Assembly: GCA_963792585.1 (NCBI GenBank)
Contig: CAWBWI010000003.1
Coordinates: forward strand, 864,001-928,000
Direction of reading: 5' to 3'
DNA: 64,000 nt
Origin: Candidatus Eiseniibacteriota bacterium
GTDB lineage: Bacteria; Eisenbacteria; RBG-16-71-46; CAIMUX01; VGJL01
The notes under the pieces were generated by a model. It was given only the letters and a program-made list of their open reading frames with translations. It did no database searches and was not told where the DNA came from. Within the stretch, counting starts at the first letter, position 1. The number at the start of each line of letters is the position of its first letter. The translations under genes and the position numbers were made by a program. Shown here piece after piece: positions 46,825 through 57,500 of the stretch.

Positions 46825-49398
46825 CTATTCCCCGGCACCCTCCCGCGGCGCCGCATCGAACGGCCCCTTCACCAGCCTGTTGCCCTTGTAGATCAACAGA
46901 GGCGGACCCTCCCGCCGCAGTCCCAGCATGAACCGCAGCGCGTAAGGCGCGCGCCCGCCGATCGCCACGTACCCCGCATGGATCCCCCGGTGATGGTGCG
47001 TATGACAGACCACCGAGAGATTCTCCGCATCGTTCGTCCCCCCCTGCGAGCGGGGACGGTTGTGGCTCGTCTCCAGATGACTGCGACTCGTGCAACCGGG
47101 GATCACACAGCGATAGTGGTCCCGCTTCAGGATCTTCGAGCGCACCGGACGCCGCTCCGGGTCCTGCTGCTCCCAGATCTCCGTCACCTGCGCGAACAAC
47201 ACCGTCATCGCAGCCCACATCGGGATCCACGGCCGCTCCTGTTTCCGATATCGGTTCATTACGTTCGATAAATCTCCCGCAACCGTCAGCGGCGCCCAGA
47301 AACGGATCGTCACCTCCCGCCTCGCAGCGGCGGACGTTTGCCGGTCCGCATCTCCCGTCGCCGGCACGTCGTCCCACTGCCGCAACGCCAGCAGATGCAC
47401 CAGCATCTCCAACCGATCCATGAGGATCGGATTCTCGGCAGGATCGCCGGATCCACCCGGAGGCAGCGGCGGGATCCCGTGCTGGAAGAGCGCGATCTCG
47501 ATCGATTCCCGGTCCCCTCCCAGGGCCGCGATCAACGCCTCCTCCACCCGCGCCTGCGGGAACGGTTTATCCGCCACGCGCCCCAGATCGCATTTCCTCA
47601 GCAGCTCCAGCAACCGGGACTCGCGCTGGAACTGCCGCCAGGTCACCTCCCGCGCCCGCGCGACGAACGGCCGGCGGGAGAACGAGGAGGACAGCCGTCG
47701 GATCAGGTGCGCCTGCATGATCGAGATCTCCCCCGCCGCGAATGCTCTGGCAATCTCCTCGTCGCTCTCGAAAAGCAGCGACTCGGCCACCCGGTTACGC
47801 GCCGAGCGCTCGGAGAGGCGCAGGCGATCCTCCACCAGTTCGGCCATCGAGCGGTAGCCGAGCAGGTCCATCGCCTGGGTGCGCCTCAGATCCCGCAGCA
47901 GGCGGGCGAAGAGGACCTTCTGCGGGGCCCGCAGGAGGTGGATCTGCCGGAGCGAAGAGAGCGCATCGTGGGGGGACTTCGGCTCATGAGGCTCGATCAG
48001 ATCGGCCACGTCCTTGATGTAGGCCCGCACCTGGGTGAGCGTCTCCCGGGCATGGGCGATCGCTTCCTCCCGGTGCGGGACGTTGTCCCGGGGAATGATC
48101 GGAATCGACCGCCGCTCGGGATACCGCAGCGGCTCCTGTTGCGGACCGATCCCCAGCCAGTCGGTTTCCAGCAGCATGGCCTCGAAGCATTCGTAGATCG
48201 GGGCATCGCGCCCGAGCACCTTGCGCGCGAGCTCCATCATCTGTTCGAAGACGACCTGGAAGCCCGCGGGTGCCGTGAAGGAGATCGTGCGGCCCTCGGG
48301 CTCATCCGGGTGTTCCTCCCGGTGGCGGGCCCGATCGCGTTCGGACTTCTCCTTCAGGACCTGACGCGCCTGGAAGCGCAGCTCGCGGACGGAGAGGTGG
48401 GAGGTCGCCGATGCCCAGTCGAAGTCGGGGTCGGGGTGGGGGCGTGTCCCCTGCGAGGCAGGGCTCGTGGTCTCGGTCGCGTCCGCGGCCGAAGCCGCCG
48501 ATGCGGCCGCAGACGCTGCCGCGGGCGCGGCAGCTGCCGCTGTTGCAGAAGCCTCGGCCACTGCCGCCGCTGCCACGGCGGCCTCCCATTCCGCCAGGAA
48601 GGGCGCGACGGCGAGCGCCTGGCAGGCCGTCATCTTCCCGGCCAAGAACGCGCGCTCCATCGCCGGATGGCGCAGGAAGATGCGGTGCAGCGCGAGGCGC
48701 TCGCGCACCGTGCGCGGGCGGATTCCCACCACCTCGAGGGCGAGGCTGCTCAGGGATGCGAAGCCGCATTGTTCCACCCGATTGCCTTCGGCGAGCCAGG
48801 CGAGGATGGAGGCCTGGGCGCGCAGGAGTTGCGCTTCGGTCGCCCGCGTGGCGATCGCCAGGGCGAGGGTTTCTTCGGCGAGGAGACCGAGCTCGGTGAT
48901 CGGCGTGCCCAGACGGTCACCGCGCTCGGAGCCGGGCGTCGAGGGCGCGGAGTTCTTGCTGTCCGCGCGTTGGGACTTCTTGCCGTCCGTGCGTTTGGAC
49001 TTCTTGGCGCCGCGCGACCGCTTCTCATCGTGCGATCGCTTCATGTCCGTCGATCTCTTGCCCGCACGCGATCCCTTCGCCGTCGACGACCGCTTCGCGT
49101 CGCCCAATCGTTTGCCGGCCCGGGACTTCCGTTCGTCCCGCGATCTCGTCCCGTCGCCCGATTCCAGCGAGTCGAGCCAGTCCTCCCAGGCACGCACCTC
49201 TGCCGCTTCGAGAGGGTCGACGTCGCCAAGCGACTCCCTCATATCGATCCCGTCCTCCCCACCACGCGCTTCGACCGCATCGCGCGAGTCTTCCTCGCCA
49301 CGCGATTCCACCGGGTCACGCGAGTCCGTCGATCCCCGTGACTCCTCCGCGCCGCGCGACTTCTTCCCGCCCGGCGATGTGCTTCCGTCGATTGACAT
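46825..49398 (-). CDS. large HNH-endonuclease-domain protein (DUF222/13E12-like architecture)
   Basis: C-terminal RDHYRCVIPGC...HNRPRSQGG...NL..VC..HH..IH, helical central repeats, low-complexity N-terminus. Start placed at ATG 49398, downstream of a promoter. Confidence 0.8.
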   Translation of the reverse strand: MSIDGSTSPGGKKSRGAEESRGSTDSRDPVESRGEEDSRDAVEARGGEDGIDMRESLGDVDPLEAAEVRAWEDWLDSLESGDGTRSRDERKSRAGKRLGDAKRSSTAKGSRAGKRSTDMKRSHDEKRSRGAKKSKRTDGKKSQRADSKNSAPSTPGSERGDRLGTPITELGLLAEETLALAIATRATEAQLLRAQASILAWLAEGNRVEQCGFASLSSLALEVVGIRPRTVRERLALHRIFLRHPAMERAFLAGKMTACQALAVAPFLAEWEAAVAAAAVAEASATAAAAAPAAASAAASAASAADATETTSPASQGTRPHPDPDFDWASATSHLSVRELRFQARQVLKEKSERDRARHREEHPDEPEGRTISFTAPAGFQVVFEQMMELARKVLGRDAPIYECFEAMLLETDWLGIGPQQEPLRYPERRSIPIIPRDNVPHREEAIAHARETLTQVRAYIKDVADLIEPHEPKSPHDALSSLRQIHLLRAPQKVLFARLLRDLRRTQAMDLLGYRSMAELVEDRLRLSERSARNRVAESLLFESDEEIARAFAAGEISIMQAHLIRRLSSSFSRRPFVARAREVTWRQFQRESRLLELLRKCDLGRVADKPFPQARVEEALIAALGGDRESIEIALFQHGIPPLPPGGSGDPAENPILMDRLEMLVHLLALRQWDDVPATGDADRQTSAAARREVTIRFWAPLTVAGDLSNVMNRYRKQERPWIPMWAAMTVLFAQVTEIWEQQDPERRPVRSKILKRDHYRCVIPGCTSRSHLETSHNRPRSQGGTNDAENLSVVCHTHHHRGIHAGYVAIGGRAPYALRFMLGLRREGPPLLIYKGNRLVKGPFDAAPREGAGE

Positions 49399-49413
49399 GG
49401 GTTTTTGATAAAT

Positions 49414-49442
49414 ACCATACAAATGTACGTTCATGCAAGCAA
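49414..49442 (-). promoter_or_regulatory. sigma70-type promoter overlapped by a palindromic operator-like site
   Basis: TTGCTT-N17-TATGGT in an AT-rich patch, overlapping the palindrome CGTACATTTGTATG. Confidence 0.5.
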
Positions 49443-49451
49443 AAAGTTCCA

Positions 49452-49553
49452 AAGTACGGCTGAGAAAATGGGTAGCAGATGAGTCTGAGGATATGGGCAA
49501 CGGATCAGTCTGGAGACATGGGTAACAGATCAGTCCGAGGACATGGGTAACAG
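49452..49553. mobile_element. IS481-like terminal repeat remnant (25-bp tandem units, no transposase in the window)
   Basis: Units at 49468, 49493, 49518 and 49543 (ATGGGTAACAGATCAGTCCGAGGAC). The reverse complement TGTTACCCATGTC resembles IS481-family subterminal binding sites. Confidence 0.6.
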
Positions 49554-49682
49554 CCTCACACTTCGAACGCCTCGATCCCAGACGTCCTGTCTCGGTGGAT
49601 GCTCAGCTTCTTGAAACGGCGGGCGGCCGAGGAGATGGGTAAAGGACTCCTTTAAACGTCGAGGATCGCGGTCGGCGGATGC

Positions 49683-51305
49683 TCACTCAAAGTGCTTCAG
49701 CTCCGGCCACACCGCCCGCAGATCGTGGCGGGGGCTGCGTGCGACGAAGACGGGAACGCGACTCTGGTAGTCCATGCAGTACTCGCACTCATGGAAGCCG
49801 ACCTGTCGGACGTCGTCGAAGGCCTCCTCCAGATCTTCTCTCGACACGAGAACCGCGACGACAACCTGGACCGAATCCTCTCCCGGTCCCCACAGGAAGT
49901 AGTTGTTGTGGGTGCTGATCACACGGCCCAGCCCGTAACGAGGTCCATAGAACTCGAGCGATCCGGCCTGGCCATAGTTGCCGCCCACGACCACGGCGTG
50001 CTCCCGGTCATCGGGCGGGAGGGTCGCCCAGACGCGTCCGACCTCCGCGACCCTCTCCTCCCAACCGAATCGATCCGCGAACCACTGCGGAAGCTTCGCC
50101 GTCTTGCCGCGTTCGATCTCGAAGTGCATCCCCAGGACATTCATGTACTTCACGAGCGTGGCGGGCGGAAGGACCGGCGTCACGATGGGTCCGAGTACGA
50201 TCCCACCCGCCGCGATCGCGGGGATCGCGGCCCTTGCGCTCCACGATCGCCACCCATCGACGCCTTGAGCGACCGCGAGGAGCTCGACCGCACGGGCGCC
50301 GGCGGCGAAGAGGATCGGATACGCCGCGATGATGCGATCGGGACGGCTCGACCGAGACGCGACCATGATCAGGATCAGGACCAAGTACGACCACCCGAAC
50401 GTCCGGTAGGGCCTTCCTTCAGCGCGGACGAGGCAAAACCAAAGCCCCAGGAGCCACAAGAGCAGCGCGATCGGGTTCATCAACAGCACCTGCTCGAGGA
50501 CAACACCGATCGGCGCCGTGGGGGCGTTCTTCAGGAGGATCGCGTTCCGGTAGAACTCGAGGGAGGGAAATCCGTGCTGCGCCTGCCATATCAGATTCGG
50601 GAGCAGGATCGCGAGCGCGACCACCCCCGCCTGGAACAGGTGCTTTGTCCGAAGCGCCTTTCTCGATGGGCTGACGATCCATCCGATGAGGAGCGCCACG
50701 ACGTACAGGATCATCGTGTGTTTGAACTCGAGGCCGACCCCGACGAGGAGCCCCAGGGACAACCAGCGCTTCGCCCGGCCGCGGTTGCCGCGCGGGTCTC
50801 GGCTGCCGTCGCGCAGGATCTGGATCACGAGGCAACCGCAGGTAGTCCAGATCAGCAGCTCGAAGGGGTTCATCGAGTAGAAGCCGCCGATCAGGATGTA
50901 GACCGGAGCGACGAGGACGGCGAGCGCGGCCAACGCCTGGCCACGGACTCCGCACCCGAGCATGCGCGCCATCCGGCCGGTCAGGAAGACCGTGGCGGCG
51001 ACCGTGAGGGCGGGCAGGAACCGCAAGGCGGGGAGAGACTCGCCGATCAGCGCGCGGGAGAGGGCCAGAAGCCAGATCGAGAGTGGAGGGTGATCCACAT
51101 ATCCGAAGGCGAGACGCTTCGAGCAGGCGATGTAATAGAACTCGTCGATGAAATACCCGTAGCCAAGCCGTATCAGGCCGCTCGTCACGAGATGCAGGAT
51201 CGGTGCAAGGAGGGCGATTGCGAGGAGCCACCCGTTCCCGCCCCGCGCGAAACGGACGGCGGCGGAACCGGATCCGTGCTCGCACGCTCCCGCGCGGGCC
51301 GGCAT
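49683..51305 (-). CDS. GT-C membrane glycosyltransferase (ArnT/PMT_2, GT39-like)
   Basis: DEFYYIAC..RLAFGYVDHPPL, many TMs, PNLIWQ..HG.P, NYGQAG. Confidence 0.85.
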   Translation of the reverse strand: MPARAGACEHGSGSAAVRFARGGNGWLLAIALLAPILHLVTSGLIRLGYGYFIDEFYYIACSKRLAFGYVDHPPLSIWLLALSRALIGESLPALRFLPALTVAATVFLTGRMARMLGCGVRGQALAALAVLVAPVYILIGGFYSMNPFELLIWTTCGCLVIQILRDGSRDPRGNRGRAKRWLSLGLLVGVGLEFKHTMILYVVALLIGWIVSPSRKALRTKHLFQAGVVALAILLPNLIWQAQHGFPSLEFYRNAILLKNAPTAPIGVVLEQVLLMNPIALLLWLLGLWFCLVRAEGRPYRTFGWSYLVLILIMVASRSSRPDRIIAAYPILFAAGARAVELLAVAQGVDGWRSWSARAAIPAIAAGGIVLGPIVTPVLPPATLVKYMNVLGMHFEIERGKTAKLPQWFADRFGWEERVAEVGRVWATLPPDDREHAVVVGGNYGQAGSLEFYGPRYGLGRVISTHNNYFLWGPGEDSVQVVVAVLVSREDLEEAFDDVRQVGFHECEYCMDYQSRVPVFVARSPRHDLRAVWPELKHFE

Positions 51306-51328
51306 CCCATCCGGTGCCGCGAAGTTCG

Positions 51329-52519
51329 TCAGAATGCCTCCATCACCTGGAAGTAGGCCTCGCTCCCGTAACGGGTCACGCCGATATCGGCCCGCATGTG
51401 CAGCCTGTCCTTCGAGTTCAGCAGAAAGCGCAGGCCGAATCCGCCGCCGCACTTCAAGCTCCGGAACCGCAGGCGGTCAAGTCCGCGGGCGACGTCCCCG
51501 ACCGAAGCGAATGCCACGCCGCCGAATCGCCACACGATCGGGAAGCGATCCTCGATCTGCAGGAAGGCCATCGACCGGTCGGTGAGGCGGCCGCGCACGA
51601 GTCCGCGCATCACTTCCCCCAGCTGTGGCAAGTCGTGGAAGGGAACCCGGCCGCTTCGCCCGCCGGCGAGCGCCTGGATCGCGAGGACATTGCGGGCTCC
51701 GATCGGTTCGTAGTGACGGAGATCGACTCCGTAGGTCGAGAATGCGGCATCACTGCCGATCGAAGTTCCGTAGGAAGTGAAGCCGACGCGTCCCCAGCTC
51801 CCGCGTGTCGGGAAGAATGTGTTGTCGCGGTTGTCCAGGTCGATCCTCGGTCCCGTGCCGATGTAGAAGCCGCCGTCGTGACCGGGGAGGAGTCCCCGGT
51901 CGAGAAGTCCGCCCGCTGAAGGTCCCTGGATGCTCCGGTGCTTGAGATCGACGGCCAGCCCCGCGCGGATGAATCCCCGGATGCGGCGCAGGACAGACCC
52001 CTGCAATGCGCCGCCTTCGAGCGTGTAAGTTTCCTCCGCGCTTTCCGGCGTGTCATTCCCGATCCCGAAGATGCCGGTGGGGAACTTCTGGTAGTCGGCG
52101 ATCGCCTCGATCCGCCAGGTCTGGTGGTCGAGGTAGATCTCCGGTGAGATGATCGCCGCCGCCTGTTTCTTCTCGGTGAGGATCCCCCCGACGGCGAGAA
52201 CGCGCGGTCGATCGGTCGCGGAATCCCCGACGCTCCGGTGCGTGAGGATCATCCCGGCGCCGCCCGCCAGTCCGGTCTCAGGCGTGGAGTAGAGGACCGG
52301 GAACGCGGAGACGCTGAGGCCGGCCCGTTTCGATTCGGTCGCCGCGCCGCTCGCGGAGTCGGCGGGAGCCGACGCGGTCGCGGGCGTTGGGGGCGCCGGA
52401 TCGATCGCACGGGCGATCATCGGCGATATGGCCGGGCCGACCGTGAGCGCGAGCGTGAGGACGACGGCGGACGTCCGCACGGGCCGCCAGCGTCCCTCCC
52501 GGGGAACGGTTCGATTCAC
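51329..52519 (-). CDS. Omp85/BamA-TamA-family beta-barrel without POTRA domains
   Basis: P.LYSTPETG.AGG, DNRDNTFFP.RG, MRG..RGR..D, GFGLRF, terminal EAF. Start uncertain (52519 or 52480). Confidence 0.8.
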   Translation of the reverse strand: MNRTVPREGRWRPVRTSAVVLTLALTVGPAISPMIARAIDPAPPTPATASAPADSASGAATESKRAGLSVSAFPVLYSTPETGLAGGAGMILTHRSVGDSATDRPRVLAVGGILTEKKQAAAIISPEIYLDHQTWRIEAIADYQKFPTGIFGIGNDTPESAEETYTLEGGALQGSVLRRIRGFIRAGLAVDLKHRSIQGPSAGGLLDRGLLPGHDGGFYIGTGPRIDLDNRDNTFFPTRGSWGRVGFTSYGTSIGSDAAFSTYGVDLRHYEPIGARNVLAIQALAGGRSGRVPFHDLPQLGEVMRGLVRGRLTDRSMAFLQIEDRFPIVWRFGGVAFASVGDVARGLDRLRFRSLKCGGGFGLRFLLNSKDRLHMRADIGVTRYGSEAYFQVMEAF

Positions 52520-52576
52520 GGGACCAACGTTATACCGGATCGAGCGCCTGCAATCCAGCGGAGGGTGAGGCGGACA

Positions 52577-52605
52577 TTGCATCGAATGCTCCGTCCGCGT
52601 AGAAT
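52577..52605 (+). promoter_or_regulatory. sigma70-type promoter for the Cys-rich protein
   Basis: TTGCAT-N17-TAGAAT. Confidence 0.55.
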
Positions 52606-52725
52606 TACGGGCCGTAGATGGAGGCCTCGCGCAGGAAGCCGGGAAACTCCCGGGATTCACGCGCGCACGCGGCCAAATGCGAATTCGACGGCGACCTTCG
52701 TGCGACCTGGAAGGACTTGGCGGCA

Positions 52726-54489
52726 ATGAAACATCTCATTCTCCCGCTTCTGCTCTTGGCGTTTTTCGCAGCCTCCGCGCACGCGGGCCGCAATCAGAAC
52801 GGCGCACTCGTCGTGCATACAAACGACGAGGTCATCTACACGCCGGATTGGAGTTATTGTGACACTCCCTCCGGGCCGACAGACTGCGAAGCGCTGAACC
52901 CAAATGGGACTCACGGGCTCGACACCCCGCAACTGGTGTGGCTTCTGGCCGCCTTCCGACCGGAGGCTTCGCCCGGCGTGACGACGATCCAGTTTGGGAT
53001 CCGGCACAACCTGCCGGCCGGTCAGGGGTACTTCCCAACCTATTCGGCTTGCGGACCATCGCCTGTGGAATTGCGGGACGCCGGCTGGCCCGACTCCGGC
53101 TTCGGGAATCTCGTAGCCTTCGGCTCACCCGTCTACGATCATGTCTTTCGTTTCTACTTCTTCACTGTGTATGTAGACGGCCCCGACAACTACCTCGGCA
53201 CCCGCACCTACCCGAGCACGAACGAGGCGAAGTTCGTCGACGACGGAAGTCCACCCGTGGAGGATCTGTGCATCAACTTCGGCACGATGCGGTGGGATGG
53301 AACGGGGCACAACGATTGCCCGAACCCGGTGCCTCCAGGCGGCGCCTGCTGTTTCTGCGATGGTCACTGCCTCGTTCAGTCGCAGGCGGAGTGTTGGGCC
53401 GCCGGCGGCACCTACTACGGCGACGGCACGACCTGCGATCCCAATCCCTGTCCGGGGGCCGCCGGGGCCTGTTGCTTCCCGGACGGGCATTGCACGATCT
53501 TGGACTGCCTGGCGTGCCCTGAGGCGGGCGGCGTTTGGCAGGGTTCCGGCACGACCTGCACACCAAACCCCTGCCCTCCGCCGGCGGGCGCCTGCTGCTT
53601 CCCGGACCTGCATTGCATCGAGGTGGTGGAAGCGGAATGCCTGGCGCAGGGCGGTGTGTGGGGTGGAGTGGGCTCCACGTGCACGGGGTACCCGTGCGAG
53701 GAAGGCGCCTGTTGCTTCCCCCTGGGTTTCTGCACCATCACGCGGCAAGCTGACTGCGAGCAGCAGGGGGGTATCTTCCAGGGAATCTTCGTGTCGTGCG
53801 AGCCGAATCCCTGCCCGCCGCCGACCGGCGCCTGCTGCTTCCCGAATGGCGACTGCACGACTCTGACCCTTGCGGAGTGCGCGACGCAGGGCGGCGACTG
53901 GCAAGGAGCCGACACCGGTTGCACGCCGAACCCATGCGAGGGGGTGACCGGGGCCTGCTGCCTCCCCAGCGGCGAATGCCTGCCATCGACGCCCAGGTAC
54001 TGCGAGTCCCTGCATGGTGTGTACCAGGGGCCGTTCGTGTCCTGCTTTCCGAACCCGTGCCCGCAGGCTCCCCAGGCCTGCTGCTTCCCGGACGACCACT
54101 GCGAGTTCGTGCTGGTAGAGATCTGCCGGGAACTTGGCGGCATCCCCCTGGGGTACGACACGCTCTGCGATCCGAATCCCTGCCCGACGGCTCCGCAGGC
54201 CTGCTGTCACCCCAGCGGAGATTGCACCCTCGAGTCGGAGCAGGATTGCACGGCCGGTGGCGGCTCGCCGCAGGGTGATGGAACGGATTGTCTCCCGAAT
54301 CCCTGCGTGCCGCTCGGTACGGGCGCATGCTGCCTGCCGGACGCTACCTGCAGCCTCCAGACACGCGACGAGTGCGAGCAGATTTTCGGCTGGTACATGG
54401 GGGACGGTATTCCCTGTGAACCGAACCCCTGCGGCTCGAACCCGATCGAGCGCACGACTTGGGGCAGGCTCAAGGCGATCTACAGATAA
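52726..54489 (+). CDS. secreted protein with nine ~40-aa Cys-rich repeats and a C-terminal TWGRLKAIYR motif
   Basis: Signal peptide MKHLILPLLLLAFFAASAHA; repeat (G/Q)ACC-x5-C-x7-C-x3-GG-x3-G-x4-C-x-PNPC. Confidence 0.88.
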   Translation: MKHLILPLLLLAFFAASAHAGRNQNGALVVHTNDEVIYTPDWSYCDTPSGPTDCEALNPNGTHGLDTPQLVWLLAAFRPEASPGVTTIQFGIRHNLPAGQGYFPTYSACGPSPVELRDAGWPDSGFGNLVAFGSPVYDHVFRFYFFTVYVDGPDNYLGTRTYPSTNEAKFVDDGSPPVEDLCINFGTMRWDGTGHNDCPNPVPPGGACCFCDGHCLVQSQAECWAAGGTYYGDGTTCDPNPCPGAAGACCFPDGHCTILDCLACPEAGGVWQGSGTTCTPNPCPPPAGACCFPDLHCIEVVEAECLAQGGVWGGVGSTCTGYPCEEGACCFPLGFCTITRQADCEQQGGIFQGIFVSCEPNPCPPPTGACCFPNGDCTTLTLAECATQGGDWQGADTGCTPNPCEGVTGACCLPSGECLPSTPRYCESLHGVYQGPFVSCFPNPCPQAPQACCFPDDHCEFVLVEICRELGGIPLGYDTLCDPNPCPTAPQACCHPSGDCTLESEQDCTAGGGSPQGDGTDCLPNPCVPLGTGACCLPDATCSLQTRDECEQIFGWYMGDGIPCEPNPCGSNPIERTTWGRLKAIYR

Positions 54490-54516
54490 CCTCAGAACGA
54501 CCGCGCGCAGGAAGGT

Positions 54517-54541
54517 GGCCCGCCCCATCTGGGGGCGGGCC
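54517..54541. terminator. hairpin between convergent genes
   Basis: 10-bp stem GGCCCGCCCC/GGGGCGGGCC with a 5-nt loop. Confidence 0.5.
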
Positions 54542-54546
54542 CGTCG

Positions 54547-57500
54547 CTAGGCGGTGAAGTACTTCGCCTCGGGATGGTGCACGATGAGGGCCGAGGTCGA
54601 CTGCTCCGGTTCGATCTGCCAGGTGTCGGTGAGCGTGCAGCCAATCCGCTCGGGACGGAGGAGGCGCCAGATCTTCGCCTGCTCGGAAAGATCGGGACAG
54701 GCCGGATACCCAAAGCTGTATCGCGATCCGCGATACCGCTGCTGAAACAGCTCGCGAATCCGTGGGGAATCCTCGCCCGAGATGCCCAGTTCCATCCTCA
54801 TTCGCTTGTGCCACATCTCGGCCAGCGCCTCCGCGCACTCGACCCCGAAGCCATGCAGGAATAGGTACTCCGAGTACGCATCGGCCTCGAAGAGCTGCTT
54901 GGCGCGACGGGACACTTCGGACCCCACGGTCACGCACGCGAGCCCCAGGACGTCGATCTCGCCGCTCTCCTTTGCGCGGAAGAAGTCGGCGATGCACAGC
55001 CTTCGTCCGTCTCGCTGTCGCGGAAAGACGAAGCGCTCGATCTCACGATTTGGATCGTGCGGATCGAGTACGACGAGTGCGTCCCCATCGGCATGCACGG
55101 GGAACCAGCCGTAGGCGACGGAAGGCTCGAGGATTCGCTCGTTCCGGCACTGCTCTTGCAGCCGCGCGAAGATCGGCTCGACCTCATCACGGAGCACCGC
55201 TTCGAGTTTCTCCGGCGAGAGTCCGCGCTTGCGAAACTGCCATTGCCCTCGAAAGAGCGCGATCTTGTTGATGTAAGGGTAGATCTCGTCGAGATCGACC
55301 CGCTCCACCACACGATCGCCCCAGAAGGGAGGGTGGGGCACGATCACGTCGCGCGCGACGTCGCTCCTGGGCAGTGCGCGAAGGCCGCCCGGTCCTTCGG
55401 CGGGCGCCGGCCCACCGACCTCCGTGGCGCATCCGGTGCTCCCTACCACCGCCTCATGGCGCTCGCGACGCCGGGGTCCTGCGAGGCGCTCGACGCGCTC
55501 CGCCACCTCCTTGTCGAGCACTGCGATGCGACCGGTTGAGACCTGATCCATGAAGCGCAGCCCCTCGAACGCATCGTTCCCATAGTGGGTGTGCGGGTAG
55601 ATGCCGCGCAACGTCTCCTCAGCATAGGCCCGGGTGAGGGCCGCGCCACCCAGGATGACCGGCACCTCGAGTCCGAGTGTCTGCATCTCCTCGAGATTCT
55701 CCTGCATGACCGCAACCGACTTCACAAGAAGTCCCGAAAGGCCGATCGCGTCCGCGCGGTGCTCGCGATAGGCCTCCAGGATGGCGGAGATCGGCTGCTT
55801 GATCCCGAGGTTCACGACCGAGTAGCCGTTGTTGGTGAGGATGATATCGACGAGGTTCTTGCCGATGTCGTGCACGTCTCCCTTCACCGTGGCGAGAACC
55901 ATCTTGCCGCGCGCGGCGCCTCCCACCTTCGGCATGTGGGGCTCCAGGTAACCGACGGCCGCCTTCATCACCTCGGCGCTCTGGAGCACGAAGGGGAGCT
56001 GCATTTCACCCGAAGCGAAGAGGCGGCCGACCTCCTTCATGCCGTCGAGCAGATGGTCGTTGACGATGACGAGGGGGTCGTACTTCAGGAGCGCTTCGTC
56101 CAGCGAAGCGGTAAGCCCCTCCCTCTCGCCGTCCACGATGTGCCGTCGAAGCCGCTCTTCGAGCGGGAGGTCCGCGAGGTGGGCGCGCCGCGCCCCCTCG
56201 TCCGGCTCGTCCTCGTCGGCGAAGATCTGAATGAACGCGGTGAGGGGGTCGAAGGCGTCGCGTCTTCGGTCGTAGATCAGGTCGAGCGCCGCGTTCCACC
56301 GTGTGGGGTCGATGCGATTCCGCGGAAGGATCTTCGAGGCATGCACGATGGCCGATGTGAGCCCCGCCGCCACGCACTCGTGCAAGAAGACGCTGTTCAA
56401 GACCACTCGCGCCGACTGCTTCAGCCCGAAGCTCACGTTCGAGATGCCGAGAATGGTCTGGCAATCGGGGAAGCGCTCGGCGATACGGCGCACTCCTTCC
56501 ACAGTCTCGAGCGCGAGACGCCGATCCGCCTCGACCCCCGTCGTGATCGGGAGCACGAGCGCATCAAAGAAGAGATCCTCCGGGCGAAGGCCGTGCGTGT
56601 TCACCGCTAGGTCGTACATCCGCTCCGCGATCGTGAGCTTTCGGTCCGCGGTCTTCGCCATCGCCTCGCCGGGGTCCTCGTCGATCGTGCCCAGGACGAC
56701 GGCGGCGCCATGGAATCTTGCCAGCGCACAGATGCGCGCGAAGCGCTCCTCACCATCCTCGAGGTTCGTCGAGTTCAGGATGCACTTCCCCGGAGCCAGC
56801 TCCAGACCCGCTTCCAGCACGTCGATCTGGGTGGAGTCGAGCATGAGCGGCAGGGGAACCGCCGATCCGAAGCGGCGGATCACCTCGCGCATGTCGCGCG
56901 CGCCGTCCCGTCCCACGCAATCGACCGAGACGTCGATCACATGGCTCCCATCGCGGGCCTGCTCGCGCCCCATGGCCACCAGGCCGTCCCAGTCTTCTTC
57001 CGCCAGGAGTCGCTTGAACTTCCGCGAGCCGTTCGTGTTCGTCCGCTCGCCCACGATGAGGAACGAGGTGTCCTGTCGAAACGCGACGGGCGAGTAGAGC
57101 GAGGCGCACCCCGCCGGAGCCGGCGCCTTGTCGATGCGAACCGGCGCGCGATCGCCGAGGAGCGTTTTCAACCGCTCGATGTGCTCGGGCCGGGTGCCGC
57201 AGCAGCCGCCCACCAGGCGGACGCCGAACTGCTCGACGAAGCGCACCAGGGTCCGCGCGAACTCCTCCGGCTGGAGCGGGAAATCCGCCTTGCCGTCCAC
57301 GAGCGCGGGGATCCCGGCGTTCGGGATCACGCTGATGGGGCGTGCCCAGTGCCGCGACAGCCACTTCACGTGCTCCGTCATCTCGAGCGGCCCGGTGGCG
57401 CAGTTGAGGCCGAGCGAGAAGATAGGGAAGTTCCTCAGGATCTCCGCCGCCGCCGCGATCTCGGTGCCCAGCAGCATCGTGCCGGTCGTTTCGATCGTGA

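Noticed and set aside
49468..49553. Mini-CRISPR next to an HNH nuclease (Cas9/IscB-like system)
   Set aside because: The repeats are head-to-tail without spacers, and I see no RuvC motifs in the protein.
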